A stretch of 64,000 bases of DNA, taken from assembly GCF_044357305.1 (NCBI RefSeq), contig NZ_JBIKPS010000009.1, positions 20,032 through 84,031 of the forward strand. Direction: 5' to 3'. Positions 47,751-58,800 of the stretch are shown in pieces. Every line of letters begins with the position of its first letter. Within the stretch, counting starts at the first letter, position 1. Origin of the DNA: Flavobacterium sp. (GTDB taxonomy: Bacteria; Bacteroidota; Bacteroidia; Flavobacteriales; Flavobacteriaceae). Below the pieces are notes generated by a model. That model was not told where the DNA came from. It saw nothing but the letters and a program-made list of their open reading frames with translations, and did not search any database. A program made the translations under genes and the position numbers.

Positions 47751-48251
47751 ATGTCAAAATATTTCCGTTTCCTCCTATTATTAATGTTATTTGTGAGTTT
47801 GTCTTCTATGGGAATTCATAAATTTTATATGGCTATTTATCAAATAGATTATGTGCCTCAAAAGAAACGAATTCAAATTACTTCTCGCATTTTTGTAGAC
47901 GATTTAAACGCTGCTATGGAGAAAAAATATCATGTAAAGTCCAATTTAGGAACAGGTCAAGAAACTGCCTTAGATGAAGTAAACATGAAGAAATATCTTG
48001 CTGAAAAATTCTTTTTGAAAGTAAATGGAGTAGTAAAACCAATGGCTTTTTTAAGCAAAGAAGTAGAAGCAAATGTGCTAATTTGTTATTTCAGAATTTC
48101 CGATGTTTCGAAAATTACCAATTTAGAAATTGAAAATAGTGCGTTAACCGAATGGAATTCCGAACAACAAAATATTATCCAAACCACAATAAATGGCCAA
48201 AAACAAAGTGAAGTATTGACTTTCGAAAATTCTAAACGAGTGTTAAAATAA
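47751..48251 (+). CDS. DUF6702-like exported protein
   Basis: HKFYMAIYQIDY, IQITSRIFVDDL and EQQNII; upstream of the M1 peptidase. Confidence 0.7.
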   Translation: MSKYFRFLLLLMLFVSLSSMGIHKFYMAIYQIDYVPQKKRIQITSRIFVDDLNAAMEKKYHVKSNLGTGQETALDEVNMKKYLAEKFFLKVNGVVKPMAFLSKEVEANVLICYFRISDVSKITNLEIENSALTEWNSEQQNIIQTTINGQKQSEVLTFENSKRVLK

Positions 48252-48310
48252 TTGCAAAATATTATTTTTCATTAAAAACAATTACTTTTATACTCTTAAA
48301 AAAATTAGGT

Positions 48311-50560
48311 ATGAAGTATTGCTCCACTTTAATTAAATTGATTTTTCTGTTTTTTTCTATAGGAATTATAGCACAAGAAACCCCAAAACAGGCTACTCTA
48401 AGTGAAAAAAATCCAGATAAATTTCAACAAATGTATGATTTATTGGCAACTCCCAATATGTATCGTACCGCTTCTGGAGCACCAGGACCAGAATATTATC
48501 AGCAACAAGCCGATTATAAAATGGATGTGGAGTTGGACGATAAAAACACCAAACTTTACGGACAAGAAACTATTACCTACACGAATAATGCCAAAGAATC
48601 GCTAGATTATCTTTGGGTTCAATTAGATCAAAACCAACAATCGCGTAAGTCGCTTACACCATTGGTAGAAAGCAATAAAACCGATCCTGCAATGGGAGTT
48701 CAAGGTTTTTCTAGAAAATATTTAGAAGCCGATTTTGATGGTGGTTTTAATATAGAATTTGTAAAAGATGCCTTAGGAAAACCAATGCAATACAGTATTA
48801 ATCAAACGATGATGCGTATCGAATTGCCTAAAGTTTTAAAACATGGAGAGAAGATTTCCTTTTCTATTAAATGGTGGTACAACATCAATAATTATACTTT
48901 AGATGGAGGTCGTTCGGGCTACGAACATTTTGATACCGATGGAAATAATTTATATGTTATTGCTCAATTTTACCCAAGAATGGCGGTTTATAATGATGTG
49001 GAAGGGTGGCAAAACATGCAATTTTGGGGTTCAGGAGAATTCGCTTTGCCTTTCGGAAATTTTGAAGTAAACATTACCGTTCCTGCAGATCATATTTTGG
49101 AAGCCACCGGAAACTTATTGAATAGAGCAGAAGTTTTTACTCCGGCACAATTAGCGCGTTATGCACAAGCAGAAAAATCATTCGATAACCCTGTAATTGT
49201 GGTGACGCAAGCGGAAGCCGAAGCAGCTGAAAAAGGATTTTCTGACAAGAAAAAAACTTGGAAATTCAAAGCGGATAATGTTCGTGATTTTGGGATATCC
49301 ACTTCTAGAAAATTTATTTATGATGCTATGGCGGTTAAAACCGGAAGTACTACGTCAATGGCAATTTCGTTATATCCTAAAGAGGGGAATCCACTTTGGG
49401 AGCAATATTCTACTAGAATTATCGCCCATACTTTAAAAAGTTATTCTAGTTATACTTTTGATTATCCCTACCCAAAAGCAATTTCAATCAATGCTAGAGA
49501 CCAAGGGATGGAATATCCAATGATTTGTTGGAATTACGGTCGTCCCGATGCACAAGGCAAATACAACGACCAAACTAAATACGGAATGTTGGGTGTGATT
49601 TGTCATGAAGTTGGACACAATTTTTTTCCAATGATTATCAATTCGGATGAGCGCCAATGGACATGGATGGACGAAGGTTTGAACTCGTTTATGGAATTTT
49701 TAGCCGAAAAATCATTTGACCCAAATTTTCCACTTCGTCGCGGACCTGCTAAAAATATTGTGCCTTACATGAGTGGTGATCAAAAAGGATTGGAACCTAT
49801 TATGACCAATTCTGAAAGTATTCGCCAGTTTGGAAATAACGCTTACGGAAAACCAGCAACAGCTTTGAACATCCTTCGGGAAACGGTTATGGGGCATGAG
49901 TTGTTTGATTATGCATTTAAAACCTATGCCAACCGTTGGAAATTCAAACATCCAACACCAGAAGATTTCTTTAGAACTATGGAAGATGCTTCGGCAGTAG
50001 ATTTGGATTGGTTTTGGAGAGGTTGGTTTTATACCACCGACGCCAATGATATCGGAATAAAAGAAGTGAAAAAGTATTATGTAAGCAACGAGCCTTCTAA
50101 AGAAGTTACGGAATTCATGAAGAAGCAAAGACGCCGTGATACCAATCCTGGGCCAATGGTTTACATGATTGAAGAGGGTAGTGAAGACTATAAGCCAGAA
50201 TTAAACAAGCCTTTTAAAATTACCGATTATACTGCTTTGAATGACTATGTTACTTCGCATTTTAATGCCGAAGAGCGTGCTAAACTAAACGAACCGAAGT
50301 ATTTTTATCAAGTTACGTTTAATAAACCAGGCGCACTAGTAATGCCAATTATTGTAGAATTAACTTACGAAGATGGTACTACGGAAATTCAAAAATTTCC
50401 GGCGCAAATCTGGAGAATGAATGATAAAGAGGTAAATAGAACCTTTGCATCGCAAAAGGCAATTGTGAAAATTCAATTGGATCCAAAGTTGGAAACTGCC
50501 GATATTGATGTAACCAATAATACTTGGCCAAAAGAAGAAGTAAAATCGAAATTTGATTAA
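48311..50560 (+). CDS. M1 family zinc aminopeptidase
   Basis: GMEYP, HEVGH..WMDEG (HEXXH-X18-E) and AYGKP motifs. Confidence 0.92.
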   Translation: MKYCSTLIKLIFLFFSIGIIAQETPKQATLSEKNPDKFQQMYDLLATPNMYRTASGAPGPEYYQQQADYKMDVELDDKNTKLYGQETITYTNNAKESLDYLWVQLDQNQQSRKSLTPLVESNKTDPAMGVQGFSRKYLEADFDGGFNIEFVKDALGKPMQYSINQTMMRIELPKVLKHGEKISFSIKWWYNINNYTLDGGRSGYEHFDTDGNNLYVIAQFYPRMAVYNDVEGWQNMQFWGSGEFALPFGNFEVNITVPADHILEATGNLLNRAEVFTPAQLARYAQAEKSFDNPVIVVTQAEAEAAEKGFSDKKKTWKFKADNVRDFGISTSRKFIYDAMAVKTGSTTSMAISLYPKEGNPLWEQYSTRIIAHTLKSYSSYTFDYPYPKAISINARDQGMEYPMICWNYGRPDAQGKYNDQTKYGMLGVICHEVGHNFFPMIINSDERQWTWMDEGLNSFMEFLAEKSFDPNFPLRRGPAKNIVPYMSGDQKGLEPIMTNSESIRQFGNNAYGKPATALNILRETVMGHELFDYAFKTYANRWKFKHPTPEDFFRTMEDASAVDLDWFWRGWFYTTDANDIGIKEVKKYYVSNEPSKEVTEFMKKQRRRDTNPGPMVYMIEEGSEDYKPELNKPFKITDYTALNDYVTSHFNAEERAKLNEPKYFYQVTFNKPGALVMPIIVELTYEDGTTEIQKFPAQIWRMNDKEVNRTFASQKAIVKIQLDPKLETADIDVTNNTWPKEEVKSKFD

Positions 50561-50601
50561 GAACTTTGTACCTTTGCAATGCTATATAAAATTAAATAAT
50601 C

Positions 50602-50949
50602 ATGTTTGGAAGTGAGTTCTTTTTCATTATAATTGTCGCTTTTTTATTGTTTGGTTCTAAAAATTTACCAGACGTAGTGCGAGGTTATGCTAAAATTTTA
50701 GCAACCCTAAAAAATGCTACTAATGAAATTAAAAACGAAATACAAAAAAGTGTTGATGTCAAGGATATTAATGCTTCTATAAAAAATATAACAGGAAATT
50801 TCACTCAAGAAGTAGATGATGTAAAAACTTCGGTTGCTTCTTCTACTGCCAATTTTGGAAAGAATATTTTAGAAGAAATTCCAACCAATATAACTCAAAT
50901 TAAAGAGGAAGTAGAAGACGTTACCGGACCGATAAAACGCCAAATGTAA
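50602..50949 (+). CDS. tatA: TatA/TatB family Sec-independent translocase subunit
   Basis: N-terminal TM with E, LLFGSKNLP hinge and an amphipathic helix. Confidence 0.8.
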   Translation: MFGSEFFFIIIVAFLLFGSKNLPDVVRGYAKILATLKNATNEIKNEIQKSVDVKDINASIKNITGNFTQEVDDVKTSVASSTANFGKNILEEIPTNITQIKEEVEDVTGPIKRQM

Positions 50950-51503
50950 TGCTCGAAAAAATCATTGCTTTAGATAAAAAGGTGTTTATTTTTTTGAACG
51001 GATTGGGTTCGCCAACTTTCGATGGACTTTGGTTACTAATTACAAAACAAGCTTATTGGACGCCATTTTTCTTGCTTTTGGCTTATTTGCTTTACAAGAA
51101 AATAGGTGCTAAAAATCTTGGAGTTGTAGTTCTATTTATTGCCGTTATTTTGTTTTGTTGCAATACTTCGGTTGAATTTTTCAAATCTACCTTTCATCGT
51201 TTGCGACCTTGCAACGATCCTGAAATTAATGGAATCATCCGAATAGTGCACCAGTCGGATTCGTTTAGTTTTTTCTCTGGGCATGCTTCTAATTCTATGG
51301 CAACAATGCTATTCTTGTATTTTATTTTAAGAAAATACTACAAATATGCCCTTCTAATATTTCTCTATCCGTTGATTTTTGCTTACAGCCGAATTTATCT
51401 TGGAGTTCATTTTCCTACCGATATTGTAACTGGATATTTCTTTGGAGCAACTTTTGGAATTGTTTTTTATTTCTTTTACCAAAAGTATTTTAATAAATAT
51501 TAA
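50949..51503 (+). CDS. PAP2 family phosphatase
   Basis: K..FHRLRP, SFFSGH and SRIYLGVHFPTD motifs. Confidence 0.92.
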   Translation: MLEKIIALDKKVFIFLNGLGSPTFDGLWLLITKQAYWTPFFLLLAYLLYKKIGAKNLGVVVLFIAVILFCCNTSVEFFKSTFHRLRPCNDPEINGIIRIVHQSDSFSFFSGHASNSMATMLFLYFILRKYYKYALLIFLYPLIFAYSRIYLGVHFPTDIVTGYFFGATFGIVFYFFYQKYFNKY

Positions 51504-52141
51504 AGTACTCTCGAAACCGTTAGTCCATCCCGAATTGGCAATAAAACGGTTTCTACTCTAGGGTCGTTGTTCACGATTTGATTGTATTCTAATAGTACTT
51601 TTGTGCTTGTATCTTTCGGATTCAATTCTTCTAAAACTTTGCCACTCCACAATACATTGTCCGAAAGGATGATGCCTCCGGTATTCATTATGGGAACAAT
51701 CAAATTAAAATAATGGATGTAATTTTCTTTATCGGCATCTATAAAAACCAAGTCGTATTTTTTATTTAATGTTGGAATAATTTCTATAGCATTACCCAAA
51801 TGTGCAGTGATTTGGTTTTTCCATGGCGATAAATCGAAATATTTCTGTTGGATAGAAACTAATTCTTCTTTGATATCAATAGTATCCAAAGTCCCCTCTT
51901 TTTGCAATCCTTCAGCTAAGCACAAAGCAGCGTAACCAGTATATGTGCCAATTTCAAGAATGTTTTTAGGATGTATTATTTTAGATAGCATACTTAAAAC
52001 TCTACCTTGAAAATGACCGCTTAACATTCGAGGTTGAAGAATTTTCTGATGGGTTTCTTTAAATAATTGCACCAACAAATTGGGTTCGATTTGCGAATGT
52101 TGTTCTACGTAGGCTTCTAATTCTTCGGATATGAAATGCAT
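51500..52141 (-). CDS. SAM-dependent O-methyltransferase (caffeoyl-CoA OMT-like)
   Basis: LEIGTYTGY, DLVFIDADK, DNVLWSG and LPIRDGL motifs. Confidence 0.92.
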   Translation of the reverse strand: MHFISEELEAYVEQHSQIEPNLLVQLFKETHQKILQPRMLSGHFQGRVLSMLSKIIHPKNILEIGTYTGYAALCLAEGLQKEGTLDTIDIKEELVSIQQKYFDLSPWKNQITAHLGNAIEIIPTLNKKYDLVFIDADKENYIHYFNLIVPIMNTGGIILSDNVLWSGKVLEELNPKDTSTKVLLEYNQIVNNDPRVETVLLPIRDGLTVSRVL

Positions 52142-52143
52142 GG

Positions 52144-52452
52144 TTAGTTTGGCTTTGATAAGATTTTTTTTATTTTATTTGGATTTTGGAGGCTATTCCA
52201 AAAAAGATATACAACTATTTCAGATGCCTTTATTTTATAATAAAAACTAACATTTTTGTGAATAAATCCTTTTCGGTAATTTTCATCAAACTCCCATTTT
52301 TCAAAAATAGTGGGTTGACTTGAAATTAGTGCCATTACTTTTTCAACTTCTAGAATAAAATCTTGTGCAATTTTTAAATTCCAAATTTTTAATAAAAATT
52401 CTATATTTTCAGCATAAGACTTTTTCGCAATGGATGTCCAAATTACGGTCAT
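52144..52452 (-). CDS. RelE/ParE family toxin
   Basis: VIWTSIAKKSY, F..EVEK..ALI...P, YRKG, FYYKI and FWNSLQNP; 4-nt overlap with the upstream gene. Confidence 0.8.
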   Translation of the reverse strand: MTVIWTSIAKKSYAENIEFLLKIWNLKIAQDFILEVEKVMALISSQPTIFEKWEFDENYRKGFIHKNVSFYYKIKASEIVVYLFWNSLQNPNKIKKILSKPN

Positions 52453-52679
52453 TCACTAAAATATTTTGATTTACTTTCGTTTAAAATATTCAAATAGGGT
52501 TCCGTTTTACCTTCTTCATACTCCTTTTCACTAAGTTCTAAAAATTCTTTTATAATTGCAATAGAATCAATAGTGTCATTAGAATATTTTTCTAAAATTT
52601 CCGATATACGAATCAAAACTTCCTCGTTAGAATTTTCAATTTGTTGGTGGATTTTATTTTTTAATTCTAGGATGTCCAT
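52449..52679 (-). CDS. Cognate acidic antitoxin
   Basis: 76 aa, acidic, ELSEKEYEEGKT motif; coupled to the toxin gene. Confidence 0.7.
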   Translation of the reverse strand: MDILELKNKIHQQIENSNEEVLIRISEILEKYSNDTIDSIAIIKEFLELSEKEYEEGKTEPYLNILNESKSKYFSE

Positions 52680-52728
52680 AATAAAATTGTTTTACACAAA
52701 AATACTAAATTGTTTTTACCTTTACACC

Positions 52729-53769
52729 ATGATGGAGAAAAAAGACATTAGAGCTATTTCTAAAGAAGAACTACGAGATTTTTTTGTTGCCAATGGCGAT
52801 AAGCCTTTTCGTGGCAATCAAGTTTATGAATGGTTGTGGAGTAAAGGTGCTCATAGTTTTGAAGACATGACCAATGTTTCTAAGGAAACTCGCGCCATGC
52901 TAGAAGCTAATTTTGTAATCAACCACATCAAAGTGGATACTATGCAACGCAGTGCCGATGGAACAGTTAAAAATGCGGTGCGTCTTCACGATGGTTTGGT
53001 TGTTGAAAGTGTCTTAATTCCTACCAAAACAAGAACTACGGCTTGCGTATCCTCGCAAGTAGGTTGTAGTTTGGATTGTAATTTTTGCGCCACTGCTCGT
53101 TTAAAACGAATGCGAAATCTAGAGCCTGGCGAAATTTACGACCAAGTTCTCGCAATAGATAACGAAAGTAAATTGTATCACAACCGCCCACTTTCCAATA
53201 TCGTTTTTATGGGAATGGGAGAGCCGTTGATGAATTACAACAACGTCATAAAAGCAATTGATAGAATTACTTCGGAAGAAGGTCTAGGGATGTCGCCCAA
53301 ACGAATTACTGTTTCTACCTCTGGAATTCCAAAGATGATTAAGAAAATGGCGGATGATGCCGTGAAATTCAATCTGGCAGTTTCTTTACACTCGGGCATT
53401 GATGAAGTAAGAGCCAGAATTATGCCTTTTAGTAAAAATTTTCCGTTAGCAGATTTACGCGAATCATTAGAATATTGGTATCAAAAAACCAAAAGCAAAA
53501 TCACTTACGAATATGTAGTTTGGGGCGGAATTAACGACACCAAAGAAGCGGTTGACGCTCTTGTTAAATTCTGTAAATATGTGCCTTGTAAGGTGAATTT
53601 AATTGAATACAACCCAATTGATGATGGTGAATTCCAACAAGCATCCGATGAAGCAATAAATTTGTATATCCAAGAATTGACTAAAAACAATATAGTAGCC
53701 AAAGTGCGAAGAAGTCGTGGTAAAGATATTGATGCCGCTTGTGGTCAATTGGCTAATAAAGAAGCATAA
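52729..53769 (+). CDS. rlmN: 23S rRNA m2A2503 methyltransferase RlmN
   Basis: CVSSQVGCSLDCNFC, MGMGEP and DIDAACGQL. The ORF-track start at 52573 overlaps the antitoxin and is too long. Confidence 0.96.
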   Translation: MMEKKDIRAISKEELRDFFVANGDKPFRGNQVYEWLWSKGAHSFEDMTNVSKETRAMLEANFVINHIKVDTMQRSADGTVKNAVRLHDGLVVESVLIPTKTRTTACVSSQVGCSLDCNFCATARLKRMRNLEPGEIYDQVLAIDNESKLYHNRPLSNIVFMGMGEPLMNYNNVIKAIDRITSEEGLGMSPKRITVSTSGIPKMIKKMADDAVKFNLAVSLHSGIDEVRARIMPFSKNFPLADLRESLEYWYQKTKSKITYEYVVWGGINDTKEAVDALVKFCKYVPCKVNLIEYNPIDDGEFQQASDEAINLYIQELTKNNIVAKVRRSRGKDIDAACGQLANKEA

Positions 53770-53795
53770 AAAAAAAGTCCCAATTGGGACTTTTT
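53768..53795. terminator. Bidirectional terminator
   Basis: aaaaagtcccaattgggacttttt. Confidence 0.8.
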
Positions 53796-53799
53796 ATTT

Positions 53800-54189
53800 T
53801 TACTTATTTGGCTTAATCAATATTGCATTAGGATATTTCTTCTTTAAAATATTTAAATTTCTTTCGGCTTCAATTCTTGTTTTAAAATTCCCAATCCACA
53901 CTTTATAGATAGGAGTACTGAAAACAATGGTAGCATCGTAGTTTTTATTCTCCTTTTTAAATTGAATTAATGTTTTTTTAGACTCCTCGCTAGAGCCATT
54001 AAAAATTTGAATTTTATATTGGTTATTTATTGTAATTGAGGAGTTTACTTTTCTTTTCTCGCTCAATAATTGCTCCAATTTTGGGTCTTGGGTTACAGTT
54101 ACTTCTTGAGCGATTAATGTGTTAAAATTTGAAAATACAAGAAGAATAAAAAGGGCTTTTAAAAACATTTTTTCTGTTAAAAATTTCAT
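53800..54189 (-). CDS. SPOR domain protein
   Basis: Signal peptide; YKIQIF, YKVWIGNFKTRIEAER and YPNAILIK motifs. Confidence 0.85.
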   Translation of the reverse strand: MKFLTEKMFLKALFILLVFSNFNTLIAQEVTVTQDPKLEQLLSEKRKVNSSITINNQYKIQIFNGSSEESKKTLIQFKKENKNYDATIVFSTPIYKVWIGNFKTRIEAERNLNILKKKYPNAILIKPNK

Positions 54190-54290
54190 AATGGTTTGAT
54201 TTTAATGCAAATGTAAGACTTATAAGAATAAGGGAAAATATTTTTTTTATTTAGAATTAATATAAATTGAAAATTTAGATATTATTAGGT

Positions 54291-54320
54291 TTTGAGAATA
54301 GTTCATATATTGTATTTTTG
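54291..54320 (+). promoter_or_regulatory. Promoter of the act operon
   Basis: TTTG-N18-TATTTTTG; a divergent TACATTTG for the SPOR gene lies at about 54208-54215. Confidence 0.6.
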
Positions 54321-54401
54321 CTCAAGTTTTAAAAAAGTGTAGAGGCATTTCTTACAAAACAGAAAAGTCCTGCCGAAATTTAGTCGATAATCATTTATAA
54401 T

Positions 54402-55742
54402 ATGAAAAAAGTGGGTAACCATAATTCGATTTCCAGAATTTATTCATTCGGATTAGCAGTAATGCTAACATTCTCCTTGTCAACATTTGCTCAAACAGCA
54501 GCAGCACCAGCAGTAAAAGCGGATGCTGCAGCAGTAAAAGTCGATGCAGCTGCACCAGCAACAGGAGGAGCAGATGCAACAAAAGGAAAAGAATTATTCA
54601 ATTCAAACTGTGCAGCTTGTCATAATTTAGACAGGAAAATGACTGGTCCAGCTCTTAGAGGTGTTTCAGCAAAATATGACAAACCTTGGCTTTACAAGTG
54701 GATAAACAATAGTTCTGCTTTGATTAAATCAGGTGACGCTAAAGCGGTTAAGGTGTATGAGGAAAATAATAAAGCAGTAATGACGGCTTTTCCTCAACTT
54801 TCAACAGTTGATATTGATAATATCATTGCCTATACTGATGAAGTAAAAGCAGAAGCTCCTATTGTAGCAGCTGTTTCTGGTGCAAAAACTGGAGATGAAA
54901 GCGGAATAACCAATGGAGTAATCCTAGGTGCTTTAGCTTTAGTAATGCTTATGTTGGTAGTTATGCTGTTTTTAGTTAACAATGTGTTGTCTAAAATTGC
55001 AAAAGCTAACGGAATAGAAGTTGCTCAAAAAGAAGCTACAATGCCAATTTGGAAAGCTTTTGCGAAAAACCAATTCTTAATGGTAGTGTCAGCAATTGTA
55101 TTTCTTTTAGGAAGTGCCTTCTTCGTATACGGTTTCTTAATGCAAGTTGGTGTTGACCAAGACTACGCTCCTATTCAGCCAATTCATTATTCCCATAGAA
55201 TTCACGCTGGAAATAACAAGATAGATTGTAAATATTGTCACTCTTCTGCTCGAGTAAGTAAAAATGCTGGAATCCCTTCTTTAAATGTATGTATGAATTG
55301 TCATAAAAACATTGCTGAAGTTTCCGATACTACTTCAACTGTAGATGGACACACTAAAGCATTCTATGATGGTGAAATCAAAAAATTATATACTGCAGTA
55401 GGTTGGGATGGTACTAAATATACCGGAAAAACGCAACCAGTTAAATGGGTTAGAATTCACAACTTACCTGACTTTGCTTACTTTAATCACTCCCAACACG
55501 TAACTGTTGCTGGAATTGAATGTCAAAAATGTCATGGACCAGTTCAAACTTACGAGGTACAAAAACAATTTGCTCCTTTAACAATGGGTTGGTGTATTGA
55601 TTGTCACCGTCAAACCGAAGTTAAAATGGAAGGAAATGCTTATTACGATAAAATTCATAAAGAACTTTCTAAAAAATATGGTGTAGACAAATTGACTGCA
55701 GCACAAATGGGAGGTTTAGAATGTGGTAAATGCCATTATTAA
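54402..55742 (+). CDS. actA: Alternative complex III multiheme cytochrome c ActA
   Basis: Six CxxCH motifs (CAACH, CKYCH, CMNCH, CQKCH, CIDCH, CGKCH); first gene of the act cluster. Confidence 0.92.
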   Translation: MKKVGNHNSISRIYSFGLAVMLTFSLSTFAQTAAAPAVKADAAAVKVDAAAPATGGADATKGKELFNSNCAACHNLDRKMTGPALRGVSAKYDKPWLYKWINNSSALIKSGDAKAVKVYEENNKAVMTAFPQLSTVDIDNIIAYTDEVKAEAPIVAAVSGAKTGDESGITNGVILGALALVMLMLVVMLFLVNNVLSKIAKANGIEVAQKEATMPIWKAFAKNQFLMVVSAIVFLLGSAFFVYGFLMQVGVDQDYAPIQPIHYSHRIHAGNNKIDCKYCHSSARVSKNAGIPSLNVCMNCHKNIAEVSDTTSTVDGHTKAFYDGEIKKLYTAVGWDGTKYTGKTQPVKWVRIHNLPDFAYFNHSQHVTVAGIECQKCHGPVQTYEVQKQFAPLTMGWCIDCHRQTEVKMEGNAYYDKIHKELSKKYGVDKLTAAQMGGLECGKCHY

Positions 55743-55817
55743 GTTTATAAGGGTTATTAGTTTAGAAGTTTATTTATTATACACTCCTAAACTAATAAAC
55801 AAATAAACTCATAACCA
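55742..55817. repeat. Inverted stack of GTTTA/TAAAC repeats between actA and actB
   Basis: Perfect 12-bp inverted repeat ttattagtttag (55754-55765) / ctaaactaataa (55787-55798) with flanking sub-repeats. Confidence 0.65.
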
Positions 55818-55853
55818 ATTTAAAATTAATTAAGAAGCTAATATTTATATACG

Positions 55854-58800
55854 ATGTCATCTAACAAAAAATACTGGAAAAGTGTTGAGGAACTAAACGA
55901 AAATAGTTCTATTGTTGAGACGCTTAGAAATAATGAATTTATTGAAGAGATTCCTACTTCGGATTTCCTTTCAGATAAAGACTCATTATCTTCTTCATCA
56001 ACTACTCGTCGTGATTTCTTAAAGTACGTTGGTTTCACAACTGCTGCTGCATCGCTAGCTGCATGTGAAGGTCCAGTTCATAAATCAATTCCGTATGTGG
56101 TTCAGCCAGATACAATCATCCCTGGTATTGCAGATTTTTATGCAACTACTATGTTTGATGGATATGATTTTGCAAATCTTTTAGTAAAAACTAGAGAAGG
56201 CCGTCCAATCAAAATTGAAAACAATACAATTGAAGGTGCTAAATTTGCTGCAAACGCAAGAGTTCACGCTTCTGTATTGTCTTTATACGATAGTATGCGT
56301 CTTAAATCTCCAAAAATAGATGCAAAATCTGCTTCTTGGAGTGAAGTAGATGCTAACATTAAAGCTAGTCTAACAGAGGCTAAAAGCACTGGTAAACAAG
56401 TTGTATTGTTAACCAATACTTTAGCAAGTCCTTCTTCTGAAAAATTAATCGCTGATTTTATCGCTAAGAATCCTACTGCAAAACACGTTGTGTATGATGC
56501 AGTTTCAGAATCTCCTGCTTTAGATGCTTTCGAAACCGTATACGGAGAAAGAGCTTTAGCAGATTACGATTTTTCAAAAGCTAACACCATCGTTTCGCTA
56601 GATGCAGATTTCTTAGGAGATTGGCAAGGTGGAAGCTACGATTCTGGTTATGCTAAAGGAAGAATTCCACAAGCAGGAAAAATGTCTAAGCATTTTCAAT
56701 TTGAAGCGAACATGACTCTTTCGGGAGCTGCTGCGGATAAAAGAGTGCCAATGTCTATAGCTAGTCAAAAACAAGCTTTAGTAAAAATATATAATGTAGT
56801 TACTGGTTCATCCGTTGTTACAGGAAAAATTGAAAATGAAGCAGAAGTTGTAAAAGCTGCCAACCAATTAAAAGCGGCTGGAAGTAAAGGACTTTTAGTT
56901 TCTGGAATTCAAGATAAAAATGCTCAATTGTTAGTAATAGCAATTAATCAAGTTATCAAAAGTGAAGCTTTATTAACTGCAGGTGCAAGATTAATCCGTA
57001 AAGGATCTAACGAAAAAGTAGCTCAGTTAGTTGCAGATATGAATGCTGGTGCAGTTCACACATTAATTATGAGTGGCGTGAATCCGGTTTATACTTTAGC
57101 AAACAGTAACTCTTTTGTAGCTGGTCTTAAAAAAGTAAAAACTTCAGTTGCATTTTCTTTGAGAGAAGATGAAACCGCAGAAGTTGTAAAAATTGCTGCT
57201 GCTGCTCCTCACTATTTAGAATCTTGGAACGATCATACGTTAACTAAAGGAACATATTCTTTGGTGCAACCAACTATCCGACCTTTATTTAATACCAAAC
57301 AATTTCAAGAAGCATTAATGAATTGGAATGGTGTTGCAGGAACTTATTACGATTATGTAAAAGGAACTTCTGCTGCCTTTCTTTCAGGAAATTCTTGGAA
57401 CAAAGTATTGCACGATGGTTTATTAGTAACAGGATCTTCCGTAATTGCTGGAGGTACTGCTGATTATGCTGCTGCTGCAAATGCTTTAGCAAAAGCAACT
57501 CCTTCTAAAGATTTTGAATTAGTATTATATACTAAAACAGGTTTAGGTGATGGACAACAAGCGAACAACCCATGGTTGCAAGAGTTTCCAGATCCAATTA
57601 CTAGAGTTTCTTGGGATAATTATGTTACTGTTTCGCAAGCAGATGCTACTAAATTACTTTTAGAAAACAAAATAGTTGCTAATGGTGGTCTTAACGGAAG
57701 TTATGCTACTTTAACAGTTAATGGCGTTAAATTAGAAAACGTACCAGTAATTGTACAGCCAGGTCAAGCAAAAGGAACTTTAGGTTTAGCGCTTGGATAT
57801 GGTAAAAAAGCCTCTTTAAAAGAAGAAATGCAAGTAGGTATCAATGCCTACGCATTATATAACAACTTTAACAACGTTCAGTCGGCTACGCTAACTAAAG
57901 GAAATGGAGAACACGAGTTTGCTTGTGTACAATCTCAAAAAACTTTAATGGGTAGAGGCGATATTGTTAGAGAAACTACACTTGAAATTTTCAATACTAA
58001 AGAAGTTAAAGAATGGAATCCAGTTCCTATGGTTTCTTTAGATCATAAAGAAGTAGAAGCTTCTACAGTAGATTTATGGGAATCTTTTGATCGTTCTATC
58101 GGACATCACTTTAACCTATCTATCGACTTAAATGCTTGTACTGGATGTGGGGCTTGCGTTATTGCATGTCACGCAGAAAACAACGTTCCTGTTGTAGGTA
58201 AATCGGAAGTGCGAAGAAGTCGTGATATGCACTGGTTGCGTATTGATAGATATTATTCTTCGGAAGATACTTTCGCAGGAGATAATGAGAAAAAAGAAAA
58301 TTTCGACGGATTATTTGGAGCAAAAGGTTCTCTAGGTGGTTTTGGAAGCATGGAACATCCTGCGGACAATCCTCAAGTAGCTTTCCAACCAGTAATGTGT
58401 CAACATTGTAACCATGCTCCATGTGAAACAGTTTGTCCAGTTGCGGCAACCTCTCACGGGCGTCAAGGTCAAAATCAAATGGCTTACAACAGATGTGTTG
58501 GTACTCGTTATTGTGCTAACAACTGTCCTTATAAAGTACGTCGTTTCAACTGGTTCTTGTATAACAAAAACAGCGAATTTGATTATCATATGAATGATGA
58601 TTTAGGACGTATGGTTATCAATCCAGATGTTAACGTTCGTTCTCGTGGAGTAATGGAAAAATGTTCTATGTGTATTCAAATGACACAAAAAACTATTCTA
58701 GATGCTAAACGTGACGGAAGAGTAATAAAAGATGGTGAATTCCAAACCGCTTGTTCGAATGCTTGTTCTAACGGAGCAATGAAATTTGGCGATATAAATG

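Noticed and set aside
52573-52728. N-terminal extension of RlmN
   Set aside because: It overlaps the antitoxin on the other strand; the promoter-like box and family start support 52729 or 52732.
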